Source of the DNA: Octopus bimaculoides
Lineage: Eukaryota
DNA length: 64,000 nucleotides
Direction: 5' to 3'
Assembly (NCBI RefSeq): GCF_001194135.2
Contig: NC_068989.1
Span: 88,652,988 to 88,716,987, forward strand
The position numbers and the translations under genes were made by a program. Below are positions 27,858-40,579 of the stretch, piece after piece (position 1 is the first letter of the stretch; each line of letters starts with the position of its first letter). Under the pieces are notes generated by a model. The model saw nothing but the letters and a program-made list of their open reading frames with translations, was not told where the DNA came from and made no database searches.

Positions 27858-28657
27858 GAACACATAAAGGAATAAATTATTGGACACATTCAGTTAAAAA
27901 GGAAATATATAACTCCTGAAGAGGACACAAACAGTGTCTCCTTGTTTCTAACCTTCATGAAGAACAGTAAAATGAAATTTCTAGTATGACCTCTTCAAAC
28001 TTATGGCCAATCCTTCTTTATGTTTGTGTTATACTATTTCATTTGAAAGGAAAAACAAAATTTTATACGCCCTGTAGATGACACACACCAACCAGTCTGA
28101 AGATAAACTGGACTCAGTTGTCAGGATCATTTTGCAATGGGTTCCACAAGGTAAAAGAAAATGTGGTGGAGAGCAATGACGAAAGATCTTAAGAGCAGAG
28201 GGTTAACAATGGAACAAGATGTCAAGGATGCTCTCAGTGCTAGAAGGTGGAATGATTTTGCTGTCACCTCCATGTGCCACAAGGCACAATGAGAACCAGA
28301 TGGATGAATGTAGATACCATCATCATCATCACCACTATTTTAGCATCTATTTCCCATTCTAGCTTGGAGGGTGATACCATTTGAGTGTGGACACTGTTGG
28401 CAGTGATTGCAAAATTGCTTTTCATAATTTTGTCAAGTTTTATGGCACTGGAATTCTAGTTAATATGAAAATAACATTGTGTAACACAAACATTAATAGA
28501 AGGATTGGCCATAAGTTTGAAGATGTCATACTAGAAATTTCATTTTACTGTTCTTCATGAAGGTTAGAAACAAGGAGACACTGTTTGTGTCCTCCTCGGG
28601 AGTTATATATTTCCTTTTTAACTGAATGTGTTCTGTAGTTTATTCCTTTATGTGTTC
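27858..28657. repeat. Long inverted repeat, arms ~185 bp (27858-~28042 and ~28464-28657)
   Basis: The arms are reverse complements with few mismatches, e.g. GAGGACACAAACAGTGTCTCCTTGTTTCTAACCTTCATGAAGAACAGTAAAATGAAATTTCTAGTATGAC. Confidence 0.9.
28090..28310 (+). mobile_element. RTE LINE 3'-end relic
   Basis: Hand translation: RIILQWVPQGKRK...WWRAMTKDLKSRGLTME...RRWND..MCHKAQ*. Confidence 0.6.
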
Positions 28658-29252
28658 CAGCCTAAAGGCTGCAGCTGGGCAGGGACATTGCCATTTGTTT
28701 AGTTAATATTGGCAATTTATTAAATTAGCTACTTGTTTTGATGTTTTTATTTCACTTTTCATGTTAGGTTAGAAAATGAAATTTAACATGTAGCAGATAA
28801 TTCCCCAGTTTTGAACTTGCAGCATCTCTTTTCAAAGTTAAATCCCTTTTTGATTAACATTACAATATTTGGTAATATTGAGCATAGTTAGTTGTAATAC
28901 ATCACTGAACCTAATCAACATACCTACTGGCTCCCCTAATTAGCATCAGATTTGAACAGGTAATGAAGAAACTGTTTTAGTTTTGGTAACTAAATAAAAT
29001 AAATAAAAAAAAACCACATAAAGTGGTAGAAGAGTTCGTTGTCCTGCCAGATATGCACAAAATTTATTGTGTGGACTATTTATTTTCATAATAAATAAAT
29101 AAATCGTCTTAGTGATTTTATAACTTTTAAGGATTGTCTCTGTAAGCAATTTGCAAACTGAATTGAACAACTTCGTTTTTAAATTTTCTGTTCTGTATGT
29201 CTCATTTAACTTGTTGGTAAAAGATATTGTTGCATTCACTAAAAGGCATGAA

Positions 29253-29287
<35 letters not shown>

Positions 29288-29554
29288 NNNNNNNNNNCTG
29301 CAAAAGCACTGCTATTTAATTATGCTTTATTTCACACCACACATCTAATTAGAAGACTCTGTGTCATAACTGTAAATTAGATGTATTGCCATTTAGAATT
29401 ATGAAAACATTGCTGAAGACCTCTCTTTTTTTTTTCAATGTGCCACTTATTTCTTCTTCATTGACACTGGACTAATAATGTTACTGAAAACATTTGAATT
29501 TAATATTTTCTAATTTAATGACTTGATTAATTTTGTTTTTTTGTTTCTTTTCAG

Positions 29555-30226
29555 GCCACGATATCGGTTAAGGAAGTCCAAAAGTCGCAGTCCAAGTCCA
29601 TATGCCCAGAAATGGGCACACCGTAGTCGATCGCGATCTCGCAGTCGTGGTCGTCACTACACATGGAGACGAACTAGGTCTCGCAGTCATTCCAGGGGCC
29701 GGTCTTTAGCTGGCACCAAAATTAGTTATTCTAACGTGAAATATTGTAACAGTTTAGGGGCTGAATTAAATAAAGTAAAGGCGAGTAAGTCTAGTCAGTA
29801 TGTGCCTAGAAACAGAAAAATGACAAAAGACTCACCACAAGTGATAATAGAAATAGTGGAAAGGACTCCATCACATTCACCTTCATCTGATTCACATCGG
29901 AGCCCTTCAGTGAAAGGGGAATCAGAAGTTCCCACTCCTAAATCTGATCATTCGAAAGATAAATGTGAAGAGGAAAAGACCCCTATTAAACTAGAGACTC
30001 CAAAGAACAAATCTGAGATTTTCTGTGAAGAATCTGAAGCGGAACAGAAAGAAGAGTTAACCCCTATTCCTGCTGAGCCTTTGTCCCCTGAGGTGAAACC
30101 TGAGCCAAAAATGCCAACCCCAGAGCCAGACAGAAAACAGGTTATGAAAAGACTACCTCTCCCCCAAGTGTTACCTGTAGAAGAAATTGAGAGTGAATCT
30201 GACTCTCCAGAACAAACACCACCAAG
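29555..30226 (+). CDS. CDK12: CDK12/13 exon, RS-rich and Pro/Glu-rich region (first visible exon; 5' part of gene absent)
   Basis: Acceptor ttttcAG|G at 29553-54, donor AG|GTAAGC at 30227. The 672-nt exon is open: PRYRLRKSKSRSPSPY...RSRSRSRSRGR...TRSRSHSRGRS. Starts and ends in phase 2 and joins the next exon as AG+T (Ser). Confidence 0.9.
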
Positions 30227-31788
30227 GTAAGCAGTTTGTAGTTTATTTTCTACCAAACATTTTGTTGTGGAGGTACAGGCATGGTACCATGGTCAAGAAG
30301 TTCACTTCAAAACCACAAAGTTCCCAGTTCAGTCCAGTTGCATGGCTGCATGAGTTTCTACCAAAGCGCTGGTTAGAGCAGTGCATTTTGAATTAAAATT
30401 TAGTGGACAGAAACTGTGCAAGAGCTTATTGTGTGTGTAAGAGATTACTAATGTGGTTGCAACTGGAAGGGCATCCAGTCAAAAATCTGCCTCAGAAAAC
30501 CCGCTGGACTCTTGCCAGCATGGAAAAGCAAGTCGAAAGTGATTATAATAGTTTGTGTGTGCATGTGTCTACATTTAAAAGTAATACTAATGTTTATGCC
30601 CTGTAAATTAGCAGTTGAACTAAGAGAGATTGTTACAATAAATCCTGAGCTGAATTTGATAAACTTTGAAAGCAGTGTCCCAGGATGGCTGCAGTTGAAT
30701 GGCTGAAAGAAAAAACTCTGTGTGTGCTTGCGTGTGCATGCACATTAAGAAGTTTGCCAACCTAGTTTCAGGTTCAATTCCACTTCATGGCACCTTGTAC
30801 TAGTGTCTTCTAGTATAGTTTCAGATCAACTAGATTCTTGTGAGTTTATTTAGTAGATGAAAACTGAAAGAACTACCTTGTGTGTGTGTGTGTGTGTTTG
30901 ACCCCCCACCCCCACCCCACCATCACATGAATACCAATGTTGGTATGTTTATGTTCCCGTAATCTAGCAGTTTGGCAAAAAGAGACCGCTAGAATAAGTA
31001 CTAGGCTTACAAAGAAGAAGTCCTGAGATTGATTTCTTTGACTAAAGGCAGTGCTCCAGCATGACCACAGTCAGCCGATTGAAACAAATAAACGAATAAA
31101 AAATATTAGTTCCATAAGGGAAAAATCCTATTAGGAAGTTGCATCGACAAATCTCCAGAGGTGACCTAACTCTCAAACGTGTATTTTTGTAGCAGTTGAT
31201 ATGGCAATGCTGTTGACAGTCCAGTATGAATACTAAAGATTACTAATGAAAGTTACACAGTCATCAGCTTGGAGGATTTTGCTTATTTAATTGATCTTTA
31301 TACATTGTTAATGAAATGTGCATAGGAAGATGTAACTGTTATATAAACAATTCTCCTGTTTTGTTTTGCAATATTTGTATGTATGTGTGCACATGTGTAT
31401 GCACGCATGCACACACTTATATGACTTAGATAGTTCTAATTGTATTCTGATCATGACAGCAGCACTGTACAGTCTCTCTTGCTACTTTATCACATTTACA
31501 TTACCTATAGTTTCTGTTGGCATTTTTATTGTTTAATACACGAATTACTTCAGCTTTATGGATAATTAAAACAAATTAGTGATGTGGACTTTTGAAAATT
31601 TGATTAATTTGTAATTAGTTTCTCTGGCTTTTCTTGTTTATGTAACGTCTTTTACAATCTGTTGACCGTAAAAATAGATTCTGAATAGAGTGTTAACAGA
31701 GATAGGAACTGTGGCAAAAATATAATGAATTTTTTTCAGGTTAAAGGAAGTAAACTTTACATATGTGCTTATCATTATCAGCATTTAA

Positions 31789-32008
31789 CCCTTTCGTTAC
31801 CAACCCTGCTGAAACCACCTCTGGCTCTGAGTACAAATGTCTTGTTTTCATAAGTTTTGAATTAAAATCTTCCACCAAACTTCAGTCACAATTCATGTTC
31901 CCAACACAAGCTTAATGATAACTAAGTTATTTTATTAAATTCTTTGTTATATTTAAATTAATTGAAAGAAACACAGTACATCTCTAAATAAATACAGCAA
32001 CAAAAGGA
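31789..32008. mobile_element. MITE family P2 nested in a family C SINE tail
   Basis: TTAA 31785-88 then CCCTTTCGTTACC; the right end is decayed (AAAGGA-TTAG). Confidence 0.75.
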
Positions 32009-32437
32009 TTAGTGTCTCTTTTCTATGCTGGCATGGATTGGAGGGTTTGACAGGATCTGGCAAGTCATAAGGGTGCACAGAGCTCCAATGTCAGCTTTGG
32101 CATGGTTTCTGTGGCTGGATTCTTTCCTAATGTCAATCACTTCACAATGTGTATGGGTTGCAAACTTCTTTGGTCATGGGGAAATAGTACCTTGCTTGGA
32201 AACAGGTGAGGGTTGGTGACAGGAAGAGCATCCAGCGGTGGGAAATCCGCCTCACTAGTTTCTGTCTGACCCATGTAAGTGTGGCATGGCCGTGTGATAA
32301 GAAGCTTGCTTCCCAACCACATTGTCCTGAGTTCAGTCCCACTGTGTGACACCTTGGGTAAATGTCTTCTTCTATAGCCTTGGGCAGACTAAAGCCCTGG
32401 GAGTGGATTTGTTAGATGGAAACTGAAAAGAAGCCTG

Positions 32438-32486
<49 letters not shown>

Positions 32487-33129
32487 TATATGCATATATG
32501 TGTGTGTGTGTGTCTGTGTTTGTCCTGCTATCGCTTGACAACCGATGTTGGTGTGTTTATGTCCCCGTAACTTAGCAATTCGGCTAAAGAGACCGACAGA
32601 ATAAGTACTAGGCTTACAAAGAATAAGTCCTGGGGTTGATTTGTTTGACTAAAGGTGGTGCTAAAGCATGGCCACAATCAAATAACTGAAACAAAAGAAT
32701 TAAGACAGAGGGGATGAAGATGAAGATTTCTTCTTGAAAATCATCATCTACTACCCTCTCACTTGTATAATAGGCTCCTGTATTAGGTCCTGCACATATT
32801 CTTAGTTTAGATGTGTCACATCGTGACCTGATTTTTCGACTGATGTTACTTTGTCCAAAGTCTCTTCGTCCATGTCTTTTGGTCCAACATCTTTTTTCCG
32901 ATAATTTTTTTGTACACCGACTTTTTCTCCAATTTTAAATAAACTCTTTGGAAAACAATGTGAAAATGAACATCAAATAATCATTGAGAATTTTATTGAT
33001 AGGATTTGTCGTTGGACGAAAAATTCATCGGATGAAAAGACGTTTGATGAAATGATGTCGGACAAAAAGACATAGCACTCACTGTCTGATATATCTTCTA
33101 TATAATAACAAAAGCTCCCATGACTTTCA

Positions 33130-33400
33130 GAAACATTTTTTCACACTCAGAGTTGCTGAAGCGCAGAACAAACTACCTGCATCAGTTGTTAGTTGCCAAG
33201 ACATTACATACTTTAAAACCTCACTGCTTCCTGAATTTCGCCAACGCTACACCTGATACCCCCCTCCCCCCGCTTCCATGTATATCATGACTCATACACT
33301 GTTCCCTTTCCTGACTTTTGTACATAATTCTGTGTACTGTACATGCACCTTTGATGAGTTGTAGTGCACCTGAGCACTATGCACAGTAATTTCATTATTT
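33130..33400 (+). mobile_element. CR1/L2-type LINE 3' end
   Basis: FFTLRVAEAQNKLPASVVSCQDITYFKTSL resembles the CR1 C-terminal FFT.RV...WN.LP..VV...FK motif; a terminal hairpin TAGTGC/GCACTA follows. Confidence 0.6.
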
Positions 33401-35859
33401 TAAAATGACATTGGGTCTTTTTATCTTCTCTTTATTTCATGGTATTTTCTCACCAAGTTACTTCTTATTTATGATACTGTCACACATGTAATTTGATTGG
33501 ATTAATTAAATATCAGTTGTGATTAGTTTTATTTTCCTTATTTACGCAACAAAATTATTTTAGTACATTAACATTAGAGTTAGGATCTTCCAATACAGAG
33601 CACTGTGCATTAATGGATTAAGATAGGTGAAGTAACGATAAACAGGACATTAGCTAGGGAATGCTGCTAATAATGTTGGTCAGTGGGTGGGAGTTTGGCA
33701 AATCTAACTTCTACAAATAGCCGTTATTTTACGTGCCTCAACTTGTCTGGTTGTGAAATAGTGTCCGGTGAGAGACGAGGACGTGAAGAGGGAAAGAGTT
33801 TTAGAAAGGAAATTGAAACCATAAAACAGAGATCCTGCTGGGAACAAACAGCTCTGTTAATATTCTCTTTCTTTCTCTTCTGAAGAGTAGTGGTGATGAT
33901 GACAACTACAATGATGATAATTATTATTATTATTATTGATTGATCTCGTGGAATCTTGTATAGTGTTTATCCTTCCATATTGATTGTAATGTGAATCTTG
34001 TTATCTATCCGTTGCTTTGTCTGTTCATCCAGTTGTCTTATCTGTTTTATCCATCTCTGTATCCTTCCTTCCTTCCTTATCTCTGTAACAAAAAACAGAC
34101 TCTACACTCTATTTCACAGTTGAGTGTTTAATGGTACGAGGAAGAGCGTTATCTACAATAAAAATATTTTGCTTCATCGACTATACCAATGCGAGCAGAA
34201 AAAAAACTGTTTAGTTATTGATCTGCTACAATTCAAGCTGAATACTGACCCTTTCCTGTACCAACAAATGTGGGCAGAGAGAGAGAGAAAGATGGGGTTA
34301 TCATTTTATTAATAAATCCAAGGTCTTGCTTGTCCAGTCTATGGTTAATCAGACTGTACAAGTTATTTAACCCCAGGCTAATCCTGATCGAGCAGATTCA
34401 TCCAAAACATTCCACCTGTAATAATCCCATCTTTTCCATAGATACAGTGCAGCAGGCATCGCATTATCTGATAGGGTCAGAGTCCTCTTTTTTTTTTAAG
34501 AAGGCAAAGTGTGATTATGAGGAGATTTGTCTGTTATTTCTAGCAAGTAAATTGAGAATTACATTATCTGATGTGGCCTTCTTTCTGTGACTATAGGAGA
34601 GATTTACCTGTTATTTCTAGCAAATCAGGCAACAGCACAGAGACCTCTTTGTTGGCTTGTGCATTTATACTAGTCATACACCAAGTTCAAATTACTTAGT
34701 TATGCATACAAAAAGGTTCTTGGCATATTAATGTGTGAGATAAATATTTTAGAGAGATTGCTTACCTTGCTTCATGGTTGAGTGACTAGCTGTAGGAAGT
34801 TATCTGGTTGTTTAAAACAAGAACAAAAATCTATCTGGAAATCAATTTATGCATAGAGACATAGGAAAACAGTTTACTTTGTTTTAACTCAATCTCCTGT
34901 CTTTTGTAAGACCACTATTGGCCTCTCTGAGTTATTTCTCTGAGCTTATTTTTAGTTTAGATTATCCTGGCACAAGCATGGCTACATGGTAAGAAGCTTG
35001 CTTCCCAACCGCATGGTTTTGGGTTCAGTTTGACTGCATGACGCTTTGGGTGAGTGTCTTCTCCCATAGCCTTGGGCCGATCAAAGCTTTGTGAGTGGAT
35101 TTGGTTGACAGAAACTGAAAGAAGGCGGTGAGCTGGCAGAAACGTTACCCTGCCGGGTGAAATGCTTGGCAGTATTTCATCTGCCGTTATGTTCTGAGTT
35201 CAAATTCCGCAGAGGTTGACTTTGCCTTTCATCCTTTCAGGGTCGATAAATTAAGTACTGTACATTATATAAATAACATTGCTTTACACCAAACCAGTGG
35301 GTCGCCACCATTTTTTACCTATAGACCTCTTTGGTTACTATTTTGTTTGAATGGATCTCCACAGCTATTCTATGTTTGACCCTTTAGCATTCAGATTATT
35401 TTGTCAAATGTTATGCCTAGTTATTCACATTGTTTTGAATTAATGGTGGATTATCTTGTAGCTTTGAGATTTTCAAAATGTGATTACTTATTTTTAGAAG
35501 GACATTGCAGGGTAGATGTGAGAGGCTGGATCTAGCTGGTTTGAACAAAAAACATGTAGAATATTTTGGCTGGATATGGCCGGTTTGAATATGAAATGGT
35601 TAAAAACTAGTTTTACTGATATTGCTTTCAAATCTTTTTCACACGTTCATTTGTCCGAGAGAACATGTTTCAGTGGCTGGAAAAACATGTTGAATTATGT
35701 GAAACGATAGAGTAAGAAACCTAGTACCAGATCTTTTCATGGACCTTTCAAATACTACTGTGGTTCCCCAATTTATTCTTTTGCTTACACGGACCCCACA
35801 AAATCTTATATTGTGCCCCAAGGTTCATGTGGACCCTGGTTGAGAATTAGTTTGTCTCC

Positions 35860-36410
35860 ATACATACACACACTGAAATAGTCAGTTAGCTACCATACAT
35901 GCATTGTGTAGAGAGATCACATGTACTAAATTAGTCATTTTGTTACTACACACACATTATATAGAGATATCACAGTAGACCATAAATTAGTCAGTTACTA
36001 TACAGGGTGGCCTGAAAGTAAATTTACAGTTATCACGTAGGCACTTAGGATTTCTTTTAAAACATTTTATTACATTTAAATTTCTCTTACAAACCGGAAA
36101 CTAAATTAGCATAGAATAATGGTTTCATATTTCTTTTTTTTTTTATGATTAAGATCTAAACTGTTAATATATGAATGCAAAAGAGATAGTTGAATAACTG
36201 TAAACCTACTTTTGGGTCACATTATATAGTGACATCACAGCACATAGCTACTTGGTTATCATGTAGAGATTATATAAATAACATCATTGTACACACTAAA
36301 TAGTCAATTTGTTACTGTATATCCATTGTATAGATACATCAGTGTACATGCAGATTAATCACTTAGTTACCAAACATACATAGACACATCACTGTCCACA
36401 CTAAAACCAG
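35860..36410. repeat. Degenerate ~55-60-bp tandem repeat interrupted by a MITE
   Basis: Recurring ACATCA..GTAC.CACTAAA.TAGTCA..T.GTTAC.A.A motif on both sides of 36003-36224. Confidence 0.55.
36003..36224. mobile_element. Tc1/mariner-type MITE, TA flanked
   Basis: TA-CAGGGTGGCCTGAAAGTAAATTTACAGTTAT ... ATAACTGTAAACCTACTTTTGGGTCACATTA-TA: degenerate ~31-bp TIRs. Confidence 0.6.
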
Positions 36411-36945
36411 CAATTCCAGGAAATGATGATGATGGCTTAATTGTAAATTGTACGTTGATACGGAGAAAATTGTAATGAATTCCTGGGAAGGCAATTGTGG
36501 TCTGTCATCCCAGTATTTTTTATTGCGGTAATAGCTGCAACAATAAAGCTGTTATCACAATAAGACAATGTGTGTGAAATAGTAGTAATAGTAGTAGGGA
36601 TGTTGTATAAATCACTATTTAACCATTTGACAGTATGATAGGAGTGAAGTAAATATTTAATTATCCTAAGTATGGTGTGGATTAGAGTAGGGGTGATGTT
36701 AACTGAGTTTAAAGATTATTTGCCAACATAACATGGCAGTCCTGGTTTAGGACGAATGTTGCTGTAATTTAGCCCCAGGAGGCATCGTCTCCAGTTGGCT
36801 ATATGACACATACACACAAACGTATATATCATCATCATCATACATCCGTTGTCTATGCTAGCATGGGTTGGACAGTTTGACTAGAGCTAACAAGTTAGGG
36901 AGCTGCACCAGATTCCAGTCTGATTTGGCATGGTATATATACATA

Positions 36946-37009
<64 letters not shown>

Positions 37010-37392
37010 GATATATAAATCCATCCATCCAAATTGAAGGTGGTTGGCGTTAGGAAGGGCATCCAGCTGTAAAAACCTTGCCAAATCAGATTGGAGCCCA
37101 GTGCAGCCTTCTGGCTTGCCAGTCCTCAGTCAAACCGTCCATCCCATGCCAGCATGGAAAGCGGACATTAAATGACGACGATGATTATGAGGAAAAATCA
37201 CAATATTTGTTTAGTGTGACTAATTGAGAAAAATTTAGATCATTTGTTTATTGTCCCCAGATATTTAGTCTACATTGTTTTGCACACGTTCATGTATATA
37301 TTTTAGTAGATTAAATGCATCTGTAGTGTGTGTGTGTGTGTGAATTAATATGTTTTCTGTAAGTGCTATACATAAGCAGATACCTACATTCA

Positions 37393-37444
<52 letters not shown>

Positions 37445-37619
37445 TGTGTATGAGACTAATTCTCCCCTCACAAGGATGTTAATATTGACGCAGATTTTAC
37501 ACTGTGTTATTTCCTTTACTATTTATTTGTCTTTCTTTTACACTTCTTATCTCTGATTTATCTCTCTTTTGCGTCAAACCTAACCACTTTGTTTTTTGTT
37601 TTTATTTATTTTTTTGCAG

Positions 37620-37829
37620 TGAACAACAGGTTGTGTTGTCTCCTGTAAGACACCGACGCATCACGGACTTACCAATGCCACCAGTTGTTGACGACCCTGA
37701 TCAGGAGGTTGATATCGACATAGATAGTCAAGGTGATATCAAGCCGTCATCCCTAGGTTTGGAAATGATGGAGATGAAGAGCAGAATTGATTCTAACGTG
37801 TCGGCTGCTCCAAAGTTAAAGAGACCAAA
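37620..37829 (+). CDS. CDK12: CDK12/13 exon, pre-kinase linker (EQQVVLSP...ITDLPMPP...APKLKRPK)
   Basis: Polypyrimidine tract + ttgcAG acceptor, AA|GTGAGT donor; 210 nt, phase 2-2. DLPMPP and LKRPK resemble the CDK12/13 pre-kinase motifs. Confidence 0.9.
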
Positions 37830-39137
37830 GTGAGTTACAATGTGTGAAAGCGTGGTGGTGGTGGTGGTGTGTTATGTGGTACTACCTGAACAGCAATTGT
37901 GTTGGTAGAATGTAGGACTGCTTGCTATGGGTATTTCTGTGTGGTGGGGCTGGGCAAGTGTTCACACACATACACATGCCTACACTACCCAAACCTATAT
38001 TTATAAATCACTTTTAATCATGGAATACAATGTAGAAAAATCTATAAATAATAACTTGCAAATATTGGGGTTAAAAAAAAGAATCCATTGGATGGGAAAA
38101 GTTGCAAGATGGTCTGCTGACAGAATCGTTAACGAGTCAGACAAGATGTTTAGTAGTATTTTTTCTGACTCTTTATGTTCTGAGTTCAAATCCTCCTGCC
38201 GTCAACTTTGCCTTTCATCCTTTCAAGCTCAATAAAATAAAGTACCAGTGAAGAACTGGGGTCAATAATGTAATCAATTTGCCCTCTCCTTTCAGGCTTG
38301 CTGGCCTTGTTCCAAAATTAGAATTATTTATAGCTTCATCTCCTTTGAGTTCCACCATTAAAACTAATATATTTCATGTCCCAAAATTTCTAGATTCTCT
38401 TAACAAAAGCAATGTGTGTGTGTGTGTGTGTGTGAAGGTTTGTGGCTTGATGTTTCGTGTGTAGCACTCATGGTCGCTGTATCATATGTTTGATTCCCAG
38501 ATATATACCCTCACTACCATATGGATGTCTTGTGAAAGAAAAAGGCTCGGGGAGTCAGCCTTGATAGCACATCAGGGAATGGAGTCCTTCAGGTGATGTA
38601 GAGCTCTCCTGTGAGGCAATTCACCTTGGAGAAGGCCATTCCAATTACAGCTTGATGGTCGCTGCTGGCATCTTAGCTCACTGATCCACTGTGGTGAGCC
38701 TCCAAAACTGAAAGAGTGGAATCAGATTGAGGAGATTGATTCTGAGTTCAAAGTTACTAACAGCAGGCAAGAAAAGAAAAGCCCTGCAGCGTCAGGTTTA
38801 CGTAGCCTCTTGAAGATGTGCCATTTTCCCTCGTGATCTTCAGACATGAAGAAACTGCCATCGTATGTGTGTGTGTGTAGATGGATAGACAGACAGACAG
38901 ACAGATATAAGCATGATTTACAGAACAAGAGAAATAGGTAGTTTTCATTGGTGGTTTTTGTATCAAACGATGAAGAGTATGACATGTTGCTTAACATTTT
39001 GTTGGAACAGACCTGTCCAAATCCATGCTGGTTTGGGATCTAAAAGATATTAAATGATAAGTGAGCCCCTTGAGTGATTGAAGGTGTAGTATTGACAGAA
39101 GTGAAAGATGATAGAGAGGAATATGTGTCTTGCTTAA

Positions 39138-39356
39138 CCTTTTCATTACCAACCTGGCTGAAACCATCTCTGGCTCTGTACTACAAATGTCTTGTTTTCA
39201 TAAGTTTTGAATTAAAAACTTCCACCAAGCCTTAGTCATAATTTATTTTCTTAACACTAGCTGAGTTATAATTAAGTTATTTTACTAAATTCTTTGTTAT
39301 ATTTAAAGTTATTGAAAGAAACACAGCATCTCAGACTAAATACAGTAACGAAAGGG
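39138..39356. mobile_element. TTAA-flanked MITE, family P2
   Basis: TTAA-CCTTTTCATTAC ... GTAACGAAAGGG-TTAA; internal sequence closely similar to 11968-12186, 31789-32008, 43856-44080 and 44101-44321. Confidence 0.8.
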
Positions 39357-39899
39357 TTAAGAGAAGATACAAGGCATCTAACAAGCCACCTATTGTCCCT
39401 TTCAAAAACACTTTTATTGGTTATGTGGGCGTATACAGCTTGAAAAATTTATGATTTCAAACGGTGTTTGCTGGTATACAACTGATGCTTTCAGAAAACA
39501 ACTTATAATGGCATTCAAGAAATTTGGTCTGTGCTTGATGGCCAAACCAAAGACCTTTCAACAATAACCTTGCTTGATGTCATGCTTCATCTAAATCATT
39601 CTGCTTGCCAACTCTTCTCTCCAAATACCTTCTCAAGAATTTCAAGGAAGATCTTTCTGATACATGGTAAATGACTGTTGACTTCAGTGGTCACATGATC
39701 AATTAAAGAAGCAGTAATGTTAATTTATACTGCTTACACCAATGATTTCTTATCAATCTGTTGACTTTTCTAGTTGAGTGAGTGGAAGGTCAACAGAGCT
39801 AAGCCATAGCCTAGAACTTAATTTGTGTCTGCCTTGTGCATAAACTTATATCACATGCTACACACTTCTAACACAGAATAAGGGTGTGTGTGTACATAT

Positions 39900-40260
39900 A
39901 TCATCATCGTCGTTTAACGTCCGCTTTCCATGCTAGCATGGGTTGGACGATTTGACTCAGGACTGGTGGACCAGGAGGCGACACCAGGCTCCAATCTGAT
40001 TTGGCAGAGTTTCTACAGCTGGATGCCCTTCCTAATGCCAACCACTCCGAGAGTGTAGTCGGTGCTTTTACGTGCCACCGGCACGAGGGCCAGTCAGATA
40101 GGTACTAGCAACGGCCACGCTCGAAATGGTGTGTTTTACGTGCCATCTGCACAAGAGCCAGTCCATTGGCACTGGCAACAATCTCGCTTGGATGTCTTAC
40201 TGGCAAAGGCCACGCTCGAAATGGTGTATTACGTGTCACCTGCACATAAAAGATCTACCA
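39900..40260 (-). mobile_element. Family C retroelement ((CAT)n/(ATG)n-tailed, probably RTE-mobilised SINE or LINE 3' end)
   Basis: CATCATC..TTTAACGTCCGCTTTCCATGCTAGCATGGGTTGG...CTGGATGCCCTTCCTAATGCCAACC. Copies near 3400, 16770, 21545, 23025, 32010, 36830, 40850 and, in the opposite orientation, 24660, 37030, 44560, 47080, 51810, 53390. Confidence 0.7.
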
Positions 40261-40442
40261 CGAAAGTCCACCTCAACAAGTTCTGCTTCACCCATGTAAA
40301 TATGGAAAAGTGTATGATAAAATGATGATGATGGCAGTGAAGTGATGATGGTGACAGCTACATTAGGAGTTCTCTTTATCATGAAATTTTAGCGTTGCCT
40401 AATGAGAAAGTGTCATCAAATTGATGTTCTTTTCTTTTGCAG

Positions 40443-40579
40443 AATCTGTCACAAGCGTCGTTATAATGAAAGAAACAAAGGTGACTGGGGGGAGCGCTGC
40501 GTTGAAGTATTCCGAAAGATCTGTCAAATTGGTGAAGGAACCTATGGGCAGGTTTACAAAGCTGAAGACACATTTTCTG
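40443..40579 (+). CDS. CDK12: CDK12/13 exon, kinase N-lobe with Gly-rich loop (DWGERCV...IGEGTYGQVYKA)
   Basis: ttttgcAG acceptor, G|GTAAGT donor; 137 nt, phase 2-1. Confidence 0.97.

Noticed and set aside
29013-29057. TT*SGRRVRCPARY, resembling a Gypsy integrase C-terminal motif
   Set aside because: Only 15 codons with a stop and no flanking integrase sequence.
30225-30230. Immediate stop codons on read-through of exons ending at 30226, 37829 and 49195
   Set aside because: An automatic consequence of phase-2 introns starting GTAA/GTGA; not evidence of regulated truncation.
38727-38845. Short plus-strand open segment IEEIDSEFKVTNSRQEKKSPAASGLRS as a cryptic exon
   Set aside because: No polypyrimidine tract, ends in a stop, and the flanking exons already join in frame.
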